A program made the translations under genes and the position numbers. A stretch of 53,790 nt of DNA, the filler included, from Sphacelaria rigidula (lineage: Eukaryota), in the NCBI GenBank assembly GCA_964200075.2. It is 3 parts of 3 records of this genome, joined end to end, with 100 filler letters (N's around TTAATTAATTAA, not from the genome) between each part and the next. Parts side by side here need not be neighbours in the genome. Positions count along the whole stretch, not along the records: positions 17,965 to 35,828 come from CAXNAA020000977.1; 2 more parts are not named here. The stretch is one strand, 5' to 3'. How positions within the stretch are numbered: position 1 is the stretch's first letter; every line of letters starts with the position of its first letter. Shown piece by piece: positions 22,834-34,430 of the stretch. Below the pieces are notes generated by a model. The model was not told the DNA's origin. It saw only the letters and a program-made list of their open reading frames with translations, and ran no database searches.

Positions 22834-25800
22834 TTACCACTGAAAAACCGGGCCGGCGGAAATTCGGAACAGTATTCTGCAGGCCGTTTATCGGCCTACG
22901 GTTGGTGTTTGTGGGTTAAAACCTTTGTGCAGGACCTCGATAGGTCATGATGAACCAAGAAAAATGGGTGAGATTGTTTTTTGTTTTTATTTGTCAATGA
23001 TTGAGGGCGTTTTAGTATGGTAACGGCCACTTTTTTACCAGAACGCCCGAATCTCTCACGAAAAAAAATGAAAGCCCATTTTTTTCCTTTCTTCGCAGCA
23101 TACCTCTGTCGTTCTCCATGCCAAGATTCAAATCTCAGTTGTAAAAATTGAGCTGAAAAATTGAGATAAGGCCCAAGAGCAATGTTTATTTCTCCTCAAA
23201 ACCCTTCCATAAACACGAAAAAAGATTGAAAATAGACGAAGCCCCCCGAAAAAGCCGTTTTTTTATTTCATCATGCACTAGCGGTTCTCCATACCAATTT
23301 TCATAGCACAACTCTCAAAAACTGAGGCGCGATATCCACATTTAGGTCATCTAGTGCCTCTGCTCGTAATGTACTGATTTTAGTATAGAAATTCGTATGC
23401 GCCATATCTCGAGGTGGATAATAAACTAGGTGAAGGTGGGGGTATCTATCGTCTCCCCGTGCTCCAGGGAAGGTCCACACCAAAAATCGTCATCATCCGC
23501 TTAATAGATCGTTCGGGGTTTCGTATAGAGTTTTGTGTGGACGCTATATCCGCAAGGTATAGGAATTACTAGACATGGGGTTCAATCAACCAGAAAAAAT
23601 TGGCCCAGATATCTGAGTAGATGGGCGCCTTCCCCTTGATTAGACGATTAACTCGATATGCGGATCACGGTCCGACTCGTCTGTGTCGTTGAGATATCGC
23701 TTTGAGAGCTTAAATCCGTTTCTAGGCTGGCCCAGCTCGTACGCACAAGCGTACTGTACGGACGCATCCATATGCGCTTTTTAAGTAAAATAGTCAAATA
23801 TCGCAACTCCGATAGTCATCGTGTAGGTACATGAAGGAAGTCGGAATTTGGAAACCGTCGATGGTCAGGAACGGTGCGGCGGACGAGCGTGACGTGCCAC
23901 CACGTCCTAAGCAAGCACTAGCTCCGCCGTCGCGCGTGTTTCTGAGGTTTCGAGTTGAAGTTGAAATACCGAATTCGCAAAATCACCCTTCCTAGACAGA
24001 AACGACACGGCTCGCCGCACTCGAAACGAAATTGTACTTCATCATTCAACCGTCACTATGATCAATTTAGACAGGGGAGATTGTGAATAATTCCACTGAT
24101 GATGGAGACCTCCCTCACAAAAAAATTAAAAAAAAACGAGAACAGAACGAAGAAGTTGGAAATCAAGCATACATGCGGACAAAACGATAATACGACAGCA
24201 CCGTTTTGCTATGTTTTTCAGTCATCATATGTCATATTTCGTACATTTCTCGAAGCCTTCGTCACAAATTTTAAGCGACAAGAAAAAAAAAGGAATGCCG
24301 GATAATGAACTCTTTAAGATTGAGGCTGCATGGGATTCGCACGCACGTTATTGACGTTGATTCGATGGCACATGTTCCTTCGAGCAACATGACATCATCG
24401 GCTGTTGGGCATGTTTTTATGTTTTTTATCGTCTTCGTCCAGTGCGGTAAGGGTGTATTCCTCAGCTTACACCGTACGGTCTCCGTGATTAGTGCCGCGC
24501 GCGTTAGGGTAACCCACGGTGAGGTAGTGGGGCATGGTACAGTGGGTTCGCAGTGCGTGCTGCACGGTGAAGTGAAGTACGACCTTGCGAGATCCCGCCG
24601 TTGATGGGTGCTGCATTTGGCAAATTTGCGCGGCACCGCGGATGGTACCCCGGTACGGCAATGAATATCGGTTTGTTTGACAGCGGTACGAGCGCCGAGG
24701 ACAGCCCTGGGCTATTACTGTGCAACTCGCGAAAGGGTTCCGAGAAAGTAGCTGTATTCAAAGATATAATGTCCGACCCGGTTGGTACGGAAACACGGAT
24801 GATCTCTCGAAATACGCGTGATGGGCTGGCTGTGTCACCACTAATTTGACAGGCCCATCGCTGAACTGGGCACAAGTACCACATGGTCATCGTCGAACTC
24901 GACACAGCAGAAGTGAACGAACCACGTCACCATAGTTGAATTAGGCACAAGTCTCCCATGACCACCTCCGAACCGGTTCAAAAAAACAGACACGTGAAAG
25001 ACATCCGTTATACCGGTTTTGTCAAGCTTGGGCGTTGATTCGCGATAATAAATGAAAACTACATGGTGAGATATCGACATTCATCCAAAGTGTGCTCGTT
25101 CCAGGCTTTGTTGCAAATCGCCACGACCTGCCGACAGGAGCTTGCTAAGAAGTTACAATTCGGAATAGCTATACTCTGTCCTGTGTGCTGTAACATCTCG
25201 CTGCAGCTTTGCTGATCTCGATAGATACTGAGCTTCCGCTGAGACATGCGATAAGCCACTGTGGAGGTCATGAGCATACCACTACATTCGTTCTATCTTC
25301 ACGTCTTCCTGGTGCCATAATGGTGGAGAAACAAGGCCTTTCATTACTGACATGACCATGACTGACACAAAACGGTCAGCAACATCCTCCCCCCAAGCGG
25401 TTTCCCAGAGCCAAACAAATCGCTGCCACCACGTCAAAACCGAATATCTTCCTGTCGAACAGGACAAAGTGCACACAGGTGAAATGCGGCAATACAGACG
25501 CCTGGATGCCTTGCAGCTCGTGTTTCCTTCAGTAGGTTGGCATTTCTCGTCCGATCAGGATGAAGCAAACAAACACCTTGCGGATTCTCAAGCTTGGCCT
25601 CTGGACCGCCAGGGTGAGATATGTCAGTTTTGCACTTATATATCGAGTGAAAATGATGCTGACTCAACAGAAGGCTCATTCTTGCGGTCAATGGGTCATA
25701 TAATGGTTGAAGCGGTCAGAGTTCCGGTGGCGAAGGTAATGTAGGTTTGCTGTCGCATATGGATGGCTTTGCTTCTTACACAACGGTGCTAGTGCGTCAG

Positions 25801-27059
25801 TCTTTTCGTCTGCATTTTTTCCTCCCCGCATTCACCGTACTATCCGACGGCGTTGTCTTGTCGTTTTCATGGCTCTTCCACCCAACATATGGATTGGTCT
25901 TGGACATGCGCTGTTCCCCGTGTGGAGCACAGTTTTTACATTTCCCAGAGACTCTGCTCGGAAGGAAGGCATATGCTGTCGTGGAGAGCGTGTGTTTTGC
26001 GGTAAACCTCAACACGAGTAGTATCCAATGACTTCGCCACGACACAAGTTCGATTTTGCATCGTATCCCGATCGACAGCAGTTCATGTCCGTGTTGGAAC
26101 GATTCCAAGGGCATATAAGAAATCGGATGTGCCTCTCGAAATGTAGCTCAACTAGCTAGTGTACTGCGAGTTTCGGAGGACGGCCACTCTTTCCCGCTGG
26201 AGCGTATGCGGCGAGAAGTTGTGTTGTCCCCGTGGTTTTATGAACGAACCGGTGTATCACATATCCCCACGTAATGGGCCTCGAGAGTTTCGAGGAAAAA
26301 TGATGTGTGGCGCGTTGTTCCGATTCCACATTTTTGGTCCGACCTAGATCCTTTTCGGCGCAAGAAACGCGAACATGTACATTTTCTACACGAAGGCCCA
26401 GAGCACAGAGCACCAGTCCTACCCATGCCTCACAGGCCCCTTCGCACGCCTGCGCACCTCTGGTAAAGCTGTTCCCTGCGGTACTAAATGCATGAACCGT
26501 GTCCCCATGATGGCGTCGTGACAGCCTATGGAGTCATGTGGGCTGAGATTGTCGTCATACCGATGGCAACTCGTCTGCTGTCCGCAGTTTTATTGCAAGC
26601 CAGCTGTCCAGTTTCCGTCTCATTTCTGTTCTTATAATCGATATGGTTTCACCGGATTTTAGAAGGTATCATGAAGGCGGATCGAGCGGGCGCAGTCGCT
26701 ACACACCTCGCAAACTGCTGAATTGTTCACGAAGGCCGCAAAGTGATCCCACCCCAACAACACTCTCAACCTAGGTAGGATTTCGTTCAGCGGTTCCAGG
26801 TTCTGCTACTCCAGCTAACCCCATAAAAGTCTCCCAGCACAACGTGATACACCCTTGATATATTCGTCCAAACCTTCCTCTGCTTTGTCATCATATCTTG
26901 AGTGTGATCCAGAGATTAATAGCCAGTTCCATGTAGAGGTTCATGGAGTTCCTGCCATCATATATGTAGTGCATGAAAGACACGTTCGTTGTCGAGTTGT
27001 CCTGTTCGGTGCTTGAAAATCGCTGTGACCCATCATATATGTACAGATTTTCACACGTC

Positions 27060-27815
27060 CGACGAGCACGAGTATGAACCGTGGCACTCGCACTCGTTGG
27101 GCTGCTCGTTGGCCGTAAAAAATACTAAACCGAGTGCTTGAGTCATTGCCCGTTGTGAAATTATTTTTATAGGGCGAGCACTCGAGTTATTGCTTGTTGT
27201 GGGTAAGTGAACGACTCGAGCACATGAGTCATCGCTCGGGATAAACAACTTGATTGGAGTAGTCAGCAAATCGACGAGCAAATAATTCCAGTGAGCTGTA
27301 GGACGATCTTGTATCTAGGATCTTCAAGTTCATATGCATATTTGCACATGTACAAGCGTTTGTTCGACTTTTTTCGTGTCCCTTCTTTTCTTCAGCGAGT
27401 GTTTCAGTTTTGCTTTTCTTGAGTACGTCTATCATGCCACCACGGCTGGACCCCTGAGGGGTCAGTGAGAGTGCGGCAATCAATTAATCATCATTCTCAA
27501 GAAGCGTGAAGGTCCAAGGCTGATTTTCATTTCATTCCACCCCCCAACCCACACACAGATATTAGGCTTCTACTAAAGCAGCGGCGAGTATCTCTTGCGT
27601 AGTACTTTATGGGGCGAGCACACGAGTCATTGCTCGCTGTAAAAAAAAGTAATGACTCGAGCACACGAATTGCTCGTTGTAAAACAAATCATTGACTCGA
27701 GCGCACGAACCATCACTCGTCGTGAAAAACGTGATGACTCGAGCACGCGAGTCATGCTTGTTGTGTTTGCAAAACACATCCATGAGTGCACTCGTTTCGA
27801 TGAGTAATGACTAGT
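27060..27815. repeat. Degenerate ~40-bp tandem array (core GACTCGAGCACNCGAGTCATTGCTCGTTGT) in two blocks, ~27060-27240 and ~27610-27815
   Basis: CGAGCAC/CGAGTCAT/GCTCGTTGT motifs recur at ~40-nt spacing with A-rich linkers; the blocks are separated by ~370 bp of unrelated sequence. Confidence 0.7.
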
Positions 27816-28665
27816 CCGCAAAATTTATTGCACGATTGAGTATCGAAAAGGACTTCTCCCCACCGCGCGCTCGTGCGAGTACATACCCAAGTATAAAATG
27901 TATAGGGTGCTGCAACACGGTTACTCAGTTCGTCGACAAAGCTGTGTGGTGCTTTACATGCGAACTACTTCCCAGCTGGCTCGGGTGTGACACCCATGAG
28001 GCAGTGTATAAGCTGTGGCTGTCTCTGGAAGTGGCGATACCAGAAAATGAAGCAACTCATTGAAGACCGTCATCCAAATGCAAGATAATCAGTAGGCTTC
28101 GGGCCGAACAATCCTAGAAGAGGGCAGCTCACCCTTCATGTAACGCGCCGAACGCACCACGGCGCTTCGCGCTTTGTGACTGAGTGTGAGCCTGGTCCGG
28201 CGAAAACCCGGCGCGCTCCTTCCCGGCTTTGTAATGATGCGAGGTCAATGGTCTCATGACTATGACATGCATGATCATGAATACACCCCCCCAGCTGGCT
28301 CGTCATATCTGACCTAAGTGCTATTTGTTACGGTGGGCGCGCTGTGGCATTTGTATTTTGCTCAAACATTCTTTCCAACAAGGTTGTTCTTACCTTTCTA
28401 CTTGTGCATTGCTCTTTTCGCTTCTGATCCGTACTCTCTTCGTGTGGAAGAGGTCGCAGCACCTGAATCACCGTGGGCAGAATGTTTACAGCTGTGCGAA
28501 TCAGTTGATGTGAAGTGCCAACCAAGTGGATGCAGGTATCTCTCGTTCTTGCGGTTATTGTGCAGCAATAGGAATATCGCTCGTTCTACGAAATAGATCA
28601 AGTAGCTCACGTACAAACTCCCTTCCGCTTGGTCAACTGTGCTACTGTGAGCAGTTTGCTCTCAG

Positions 28666-31190
28666 GAAACCGCCCGAGGAGGGAGCTGACGGCGAACGTA
28701 GCGAGAGGAAACTGCGGCAACAAGGGCTGCTCCGAGCGCCCATCACACGGTTTACGGGGCTACAAGGCGGAGTTCTCATCCAAGCATGGCCGCGCGGGAA
28801 TGGTAAATAACAAACGCAATAAATGCAGCGATAAAGGCTGCTACGATCAACCGTCGTTCGGTGTAATGGTAAGCAAACAGGCGCAGTTCTGTGTCAAGCA
28901 TGCTAGCGCGGGAATGGTATATGTGAGGAGTAAGAAGTGCGGCGACGAAGCCTGCGCCACGCAGCCGACGTTTGGTATAGCGGGAAGCAAAAATGCGCAG
29001 TTCTGCTCCAAACATGCCAGGGAGGGAATGGTATATGTGAGGAATAAGAAGTGCGGCGACGAAGCCTGCGCCAGGCAGCCGACGTTTGGTGTAGCAGGAA
29101 GCAAAAATGCGGAGTTCTGCTTCAAACATGCCAGGGAGGGAATGGTTAATGTGACTAGTAAGAAGTGCGGCAACGGCGGCTGCTCGAAGTGCCCGTCGTT
29201 TGGTGTAGCGGGAAGCAGGAAGGCGGAGTTCTGCTCCAAACATGCCAGGACGGGAATGGTGGATGTGTTCGGTAGGAAGTGCGGCAACGAAGGCTGCTCC
29301 AAGCATCCGTTGTTTGGTGTAGCAGGAAGCAAGAAGGCAGAGTTCTGCTCCGAGCACGCTGCAGTGGGAATGGTTTATATAATAAACAAGAGGTGCGGCG
29401 ATGAAGGCTGCTCCATGCATCCGTCGTTTGGTTCAGCGGGAAGCAAGAAGGCGGAGTTCTGCTCCAAGCATGCCAGGGCGGGAATGGTGAATATCAAACA
29501 CAAGAAGTGCGGCAACGAAGGCTGCTCCAAGCACCCGTCGTTTGGTCTAGCGGGAAGCAAGAAGGCGGAGTTCTGCTCAAAACATGCCAGGACGGGAATG
29601 GTATATGTGAGGAGTGAGAAGTGCGGCGACGAAGGCTGCTCCAAGAAACCGTCGTTTGGTCTAGCGGAAAGCAAAAAGGCGGAGTTCTGCTCCCAACATG
29701 CCAGGGCGGGGATGGTCAATGTGATCAGTACGACGTGCAACAACGAAGGATGCTCTAAGCAACCGTCGTTTGGTGTAGTGGGAAGCAAGAAGGCGGAGTT
29801 CTGCTGTGAGCACGCTGGAGCAGGAATGGTCAATGTGATCCGTAAGAAATGCAACAACGATGGCTGCTTTAAGAAACCGTCGTCTGGTGTCGCGGGAGGC
29901 AAGAAGGCGGAGTTCTGCTCCGAGCATGCCAGGGCGGGAATGGTCAATGTGATCAGTAGGACGTGTAACAACGAAGGATGCTTCAAGCACCCGTCGTTTG
30001 GTGCAGTGGGAAGCAAGAAGGCGGAGTTCTGCTCCGAGCACGCTGGAGCAGGAATGGTCAATGTGATCCGTAAGAAATGCGGCGACGACGGCTGCTCCAA
30101 GCTTCCGTCGTTTGGTGTAGCGGGAAGCAAGAAGGCGGAGTTCTGCTGCAAGCATGCCAGGGCGGGAATGGTCAATGTGATCCGTAAGACGTGCAGCAAC
30201 GACGGCTGCTCCAAGCTTCCGTCGTTTGGTGCAGCGGGAAGCAGGAAGGCGGAGTTCTGCTCCGAGCATGCTAGGGCGGAAATGGTCAATGTGATCCGTA
30301 AGACGTGCAGCAACGAAGGATGCTTCAAGCAAACGTCGTTTGGTGTAGTGGGAAGCAAGAAGGCGGAGTTCTGCTCCAAGCATGCCAGGGCGGAAATTGT
30401 CAATGTAGTGAGTCAAAAGTGCGGCACCGATGGCTGCTTCAAGCGTCCGTCACTTGGTGTAGCGGGAATCAAGAATGCGGAATATTGCGTCCAGTTTGCC
30501 AGGGCGACTATGATAAGTGCGGTCACCCAGGGATTCATCGAAGAGGGATGCTCTAGATTTGATATATTTGAGAGGCGCACCTCTGACAAGATAAAGTACT
30601 CCCGACGGCTTGCTACTGCACACAAGAAAGCTCTCGTTAGTGATACCGGAGAGACCAACCCTGGGATGACCACCTCCGGTCGTGGCCAGACGGGAGGAGA
30701 TCGAAGAGGCGTTGCTGACGTGCGAGAAAAGAAACGAAAGCGTGCAGCCTGTTGGGCTTCTGGTGCAAGCGACAGTGTTGGTGCTCGTCGGAGTGTATAC
30801 TTAGACCCTAGGCGGAGTGGTACGACACCACCGTTGCTTACAGGGCAGCCTCCCACAGGGGCTGATGGTGAAATATCTTCAGAGGCAAGGACTGAGGTAG
30901 TAATGAAGGTAGAGCTGGCAGTCTCTTCTGATGCACGCGGTGTCGATGGGGTCAGAGAGGGTAGCAGGCAGGCCGCCCCTTCGCGGAGTTGGAGCAACGT
31001 AGATAATGGTGGTAGCCCCAGCATCAGTAGTCGTGGTTTCACCACGGGACGGCTGTGTGGTTTGCCAGCAGTGATGCGTGGGTGCACTGGCGCGTTTGAT
31101 GACGCGGAAGCTGAGGAGGCTAAGGAAATTTCAAACGTGAAGTTGGAGGTAGGAGCATCTCGTTCTCTCCCTTGGACGCCGCAACAATGA
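28666..31190 (+). CDS. EsV-1-7 cysteine-rich repeat protein; 16 tandem ~38-aa C-x4-C-x16-C-x2-H repeats plus ~220-aa low-complexity C-terminal tail
   Basis: ORF 28629..31190 with consensus xKKCGNEGCSKxPSFGVAGSKKAEFCSKHARAGMVNVI, the EsV-1-7 motif first described in Ectocarpus siliculosus virus 1 and expanded in brown algae. Likely acceptor CTCTCAG at 28665 (candidate donor at 28536); first in-frame ATG at 28800, so the true start is uncertain. Confidence 0.92.
28704..30524 (+). repeat. Coding tandem array of 16 units of 114 bp (first unit 111 bp)
   Basis: GCGGAGTTCTGCTCC, CCGTCGTTTGGT and GGAATGGT recur with 114-nt period. Confidence 0.95.
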
Positions 31191-31244
31191 CCGATGCTGT
31201 GCGTTCTTTTGCCGGTTTTGACGTCAAGATTCTGCGAGGAGTAT

Positions 31245-31498
31245 GAGTAATGCTACGGTAGGGGTGCACGGTGTTTTCTGAGGTTGAAGTTGTTTGGAGC
31301 CACTCATCTCATCCAAAACACGTCTTACGGAACATGTGAAAATACGCCAGGATTACTAATCCAATGTGCTACGGATATCTCGAATGGATCCTCAACGGGG
31401 ATGCCCTGACCCGTATTGTTGAGCATCTAGAATCGTGAGGAGCTCCTGCACCAGACAAGGTTTTGCGCAAAAAGTGAACCCTTACAGTAGCATTGCTC
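31245..31498. mobile_element. MITE with ~24-bp TIRs, copy 2 (family of 6648-6904), 55 bp after the EsV-1-7 stop codon
   Basis: GAGTAATGCTACGGTAGGGGTGCAC ... GTGAACCCTTACAGTAGCATTGCTC; interior colinear with copy 1 (CAGGATTACTA.TCCAATGTGCTA, CCAGACAAG..TT.GCGCAAAAAGTG). Confidence 0.85.
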
Positions 31499-32262
31499 TC
31501 TGCCGGCGTGCGCTAGGGTTAACTGTCAACACCTTCCAACGAGAGGCAGCTGGTGTTTTGTTTTCTTGTCTCGAGGGGAAGGAGTTTATGAGACAGTGAG
31601 GTTCTGGTATCCTAAACCATGTCCCACCAGGGTTTGTTGAGCAATGGTCATCTAGATGCGCTGCCATATGTTTTGGTACCAATATGCCATGATTTGGGTA
31701 GAGTAGATGCGATGTAGTCGTGAGCTATTCAAGGAACTATGACACTGCTGTCGGACTGTTAGGAACGCGAATCGCGGAGGTATTAGCCTCCGAATTCTAT
31801 CAGGCTGTTGGACGAAGTTTTATCGATCATTGATAACCCATCCTCTTTTCCTTTCTTCCATGCAGACATCATTTTCCGGTTTTCCAGTTGGTAAATGTCT
31901 CAGGCCATTTCGAATTTGGTATTGGATTTCTGTGACAAAAGAATATGTGACGGCAAAGTGTTTCGTTTTTCAGCATATTTTTTGGGCCTTTTCAGAACCA
32001 ATCAGTACTTTTCAAGAACCTTGCACAAAAATCGCCTCAGACGTAAGCCCTGTCCCACACACTTTGATCCCTATCATTTTTTTAACAGAAACCACACAAT
32101 GTCATCACCAGCAGTAGCCACGCGTGGCGGACACACTCCACGTGCACAGCTCCCACACAGAGATGCGCCCAGCTATATGTCCCAAAACTTCGCCAAGTAA
32201 GCGAGCATGGACCCGTCGGCGGGTAGTACGTACCAGCGCTGTCCAGCACGGTATTTACCACT

Positions 32263-32484
32263 CGCAAGGTACGTGGGTGTTGTCGCACGGTCGAAACGCG
32301 GACCGTCTACCAATCTTCAGCATCAGCAGCAGCATCGGCACCGGTACCGGCTGATTCAGACCCACCTCCAGCCGCATACATTTACTGTCAACATATATGC
32401 TGCTAATACTACTGCTGCTGCTGCCGCTTCTCGTGCAGGAGGCGGTCCGCGTCTCGACGTGCGACAATACCCATGCACCTGGCG
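32263..32484. repeat. Imperfect hairpin with ~45-bp outer stem and complementary (CAG)n/(CTG)n inner tracts
   Basis: CGCAAGGTACGTGGGTGTTGTCGCACGGTCGAAACGCGGACCGTC pairs with GGCGGTCCGCGTCTCGACGTGCGACAATACCCATGCACCTGGCG. Confidence 0.8.
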
Positions 32485-33133
32485 CGTTATTGCCTCCTGC
32501 CTACTTGAAATCGACTGTGAGCTGTTTGCGTGTTGTTACCCACATAGCATTTTCACTACGAGTACAGCACGCATCAATTAACAGCCGATCCTATTTTTTG
32601 GGGTTGAACTATATAATGAGGTTCAACCAGGAAATCGCTTCCGTTGTGAAAATTCCTTTGAGGCCCAAGGCCGAAAAGGGTTCTGCTGGACCGAAATTCA
32701 AAAGGTGTCCGGTTGTCCTATCGTAGCCGTCCGCTCTCACAACGAAGGCCAGAACCACACCTTTTTTTTCTCGAATGGATTCGAAGCCGCGCTGCGCGAA
32801 AAAACCACCCCATCGCCCTTCTAACATCAATCGAGATGCCCTCAAGAAGTTTCAGCTCGATTGGTGCTCATGGCGTTGTGTTTCGCTTCTGCCTGTGAGC
32901 GGTCTCAAGAACAGCCCAGCTCGACCCCCTTTTGACCACGCTGGTCTTGACAAAACTTCTCAGACTTGACTCTCGCAACTTCAAACGAGGCACTTTTGGA
33001 GGTTGGAGGCATCACACGCAGCAACCGGCTCTCCCAATCACTTTGAACACCCTCGAAAAGCTTCAGCTTCATTGCTGCTTTTTTCTGCTTAGCGTGTGGC
33101 GGCGAGATCGGGGTCAGCACCCCGTACCACCGC

Positions 33134-33593
33134 ATGTCCGATCCTACCGGCGTTATAGACAAGGTCTACGCCCACGCGGACGGGTGCGCGTGCGTAAAAA
33201 CCCTCGTGAAAGCGGCCGAGAAGTGCACTCATCCGTGTTACGAGTGTACAGCAACCCTGTCCCAAAAACCACTCTATGATATCTCGGCGGGGGATGGCGA
33301 ACCGAGCTTCCACAAGGTGTGACCTCTGTTTTTACGACACGCGTGCCACGCTCCTGTCTGATTTCCAACGGCACTTGTTAAAGGAGAAAACGTCATATGC
33401 GTCAAGAAACGACGATTCGACACCCCGCAAAGCACCGCGGGTCAGTGAGGACTCCCTGTCCCCTCCCGGAGACCAACCCGTCACGCCACCAACTAAGATC
33501 TCTCCCCTCGCAAAGGGGAAAACAGTATGACCCGACAAGGTAGCCAACCCACGGCCACCAGGAGCGGAGCTGGGAGCTAAACCGCCGCTGACG
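33134..33593 (+). pseudogene. Possible decayed exon encoding a Cys-rich (CxxC...CxxC) domain and Pro/Ser-rich tail, family unknown
   Basis: ORF 33134..33322 (...HPCYEC...SFHKV) continues as CDLCFYDTRATLLSDFQRH... after a frameshift in a GTGT run near 33320; in-frame stop at 33528-33530 and a GTAAGT donor at 33594. Confidence 0.35.
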
Positions 33594-34124
33594 GTAAGTA
33601 CCACAAGTGGCCATTCGTTGTCCCTGTTCAACTCCCTCTCAACTATGTGTAGTATATTGTCATTCTGCCCTCTGACACCTTCAATGATTGCTCTCGTCGG
33701 TACCGGACTTTTCTTTCGTTATTTCTTCCAACATGCCTCAGTGTAATCTTCGGCCCGCACGCTTCAGCCTGCACGCTTGTTCACGTCTCTTCGTTCCTTC
33801 ACCTTCCCCTTGTCTACCTTCTTGATACCGTGCTGCGTTTCAAAACCAGATGTCTACACTCGGGACGTGACGAACTTCGTCAGATCCGACATCATCCACC
33901 TCAGCTTCCGTCAGTCTCTTGTGACGTTTTAGCGGCGTCGTTTCTTCTCGTTTTGGGCTCCGGTTCTTTCGGCGTTGTGTAGTCTTACAGTAACGTCGTC
34001 AAACCAACTTCTTTTTCCCAGTACTTTTCGGGGGCCAGGATTGGGGGGCATTGGGTGTGTCCTCAGTTTTATATTGCCTTCGTTCTAAACTGCTCCCGAC
34101 ACATCACGGCAACATCTGCTTCTA

Positions 34125-34430
34125 GCGCCCCTGTGGTGTATTGATCCGACGGTTGCCATTGGGGCGGAGAGAACGGGGGTTCGATTCCCGATTGGTTGGG
34201 ATTTTTCTTCGTTATGTACGATTTCCACCGTGGAAAACGTGAGTACGCGGGTAAGCAATATTAGCCGACTGGGTTTGTGTGACGTGGGTTGACGCGGTAC
34301 GGAATTGCTGACCCAATCCGCAAGAGCGAAACGAAAGGCGCGTACCGGGGGCGAGGTGAGTTGATCCCTCGAGACCACGGACTCATTCCGAGGAGGGGGG
34401 GGGGGTTGAAAGTGAGGGGAAAAACAAAAG
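34125..34430 (+). mobile_element. tRNA-derived SINE
   Basis: A-box-like GTGGTGTATTGA and B-box GGTTCGATTCCC (~34178-34189) at tRNA-like spacing without a full cloverleaf, followed by a ~240-bp body. Confidence 0.6.

Noticed and set aside
24300-27050. Coding-like decayed region with Cys clusters (minus strand TCENLYIYDG, CEVCSDC, CKNC), faintly like KDZ-transposase-associated CxC domains
   Set aside because: All frames are broken by stops and no catalytic motif could be traced; a translated HMM search would be needed.
27060-27815. CRISPR-like appearance of palindromic repeats with variable linkers
   Set aside because: Repeats are degenerate, linkers are short, A-rich and similar to each other, there are no cas genes and the context is eukaryotic.
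28776-31087. Long minus-strand ORFs with repeats (214, 161, 342, 251, 224 aa)
   Set aside because: Antisense shadows of the EsV-1-7 array; stop-free frames are propagated by the 114-bp periodicity.
34125-34195. Possible tRNA genes (also 42400-42450)
   Set aside because: A and B boxes are present but no acceptor or anticodon stems close; better explained as SINE heads.
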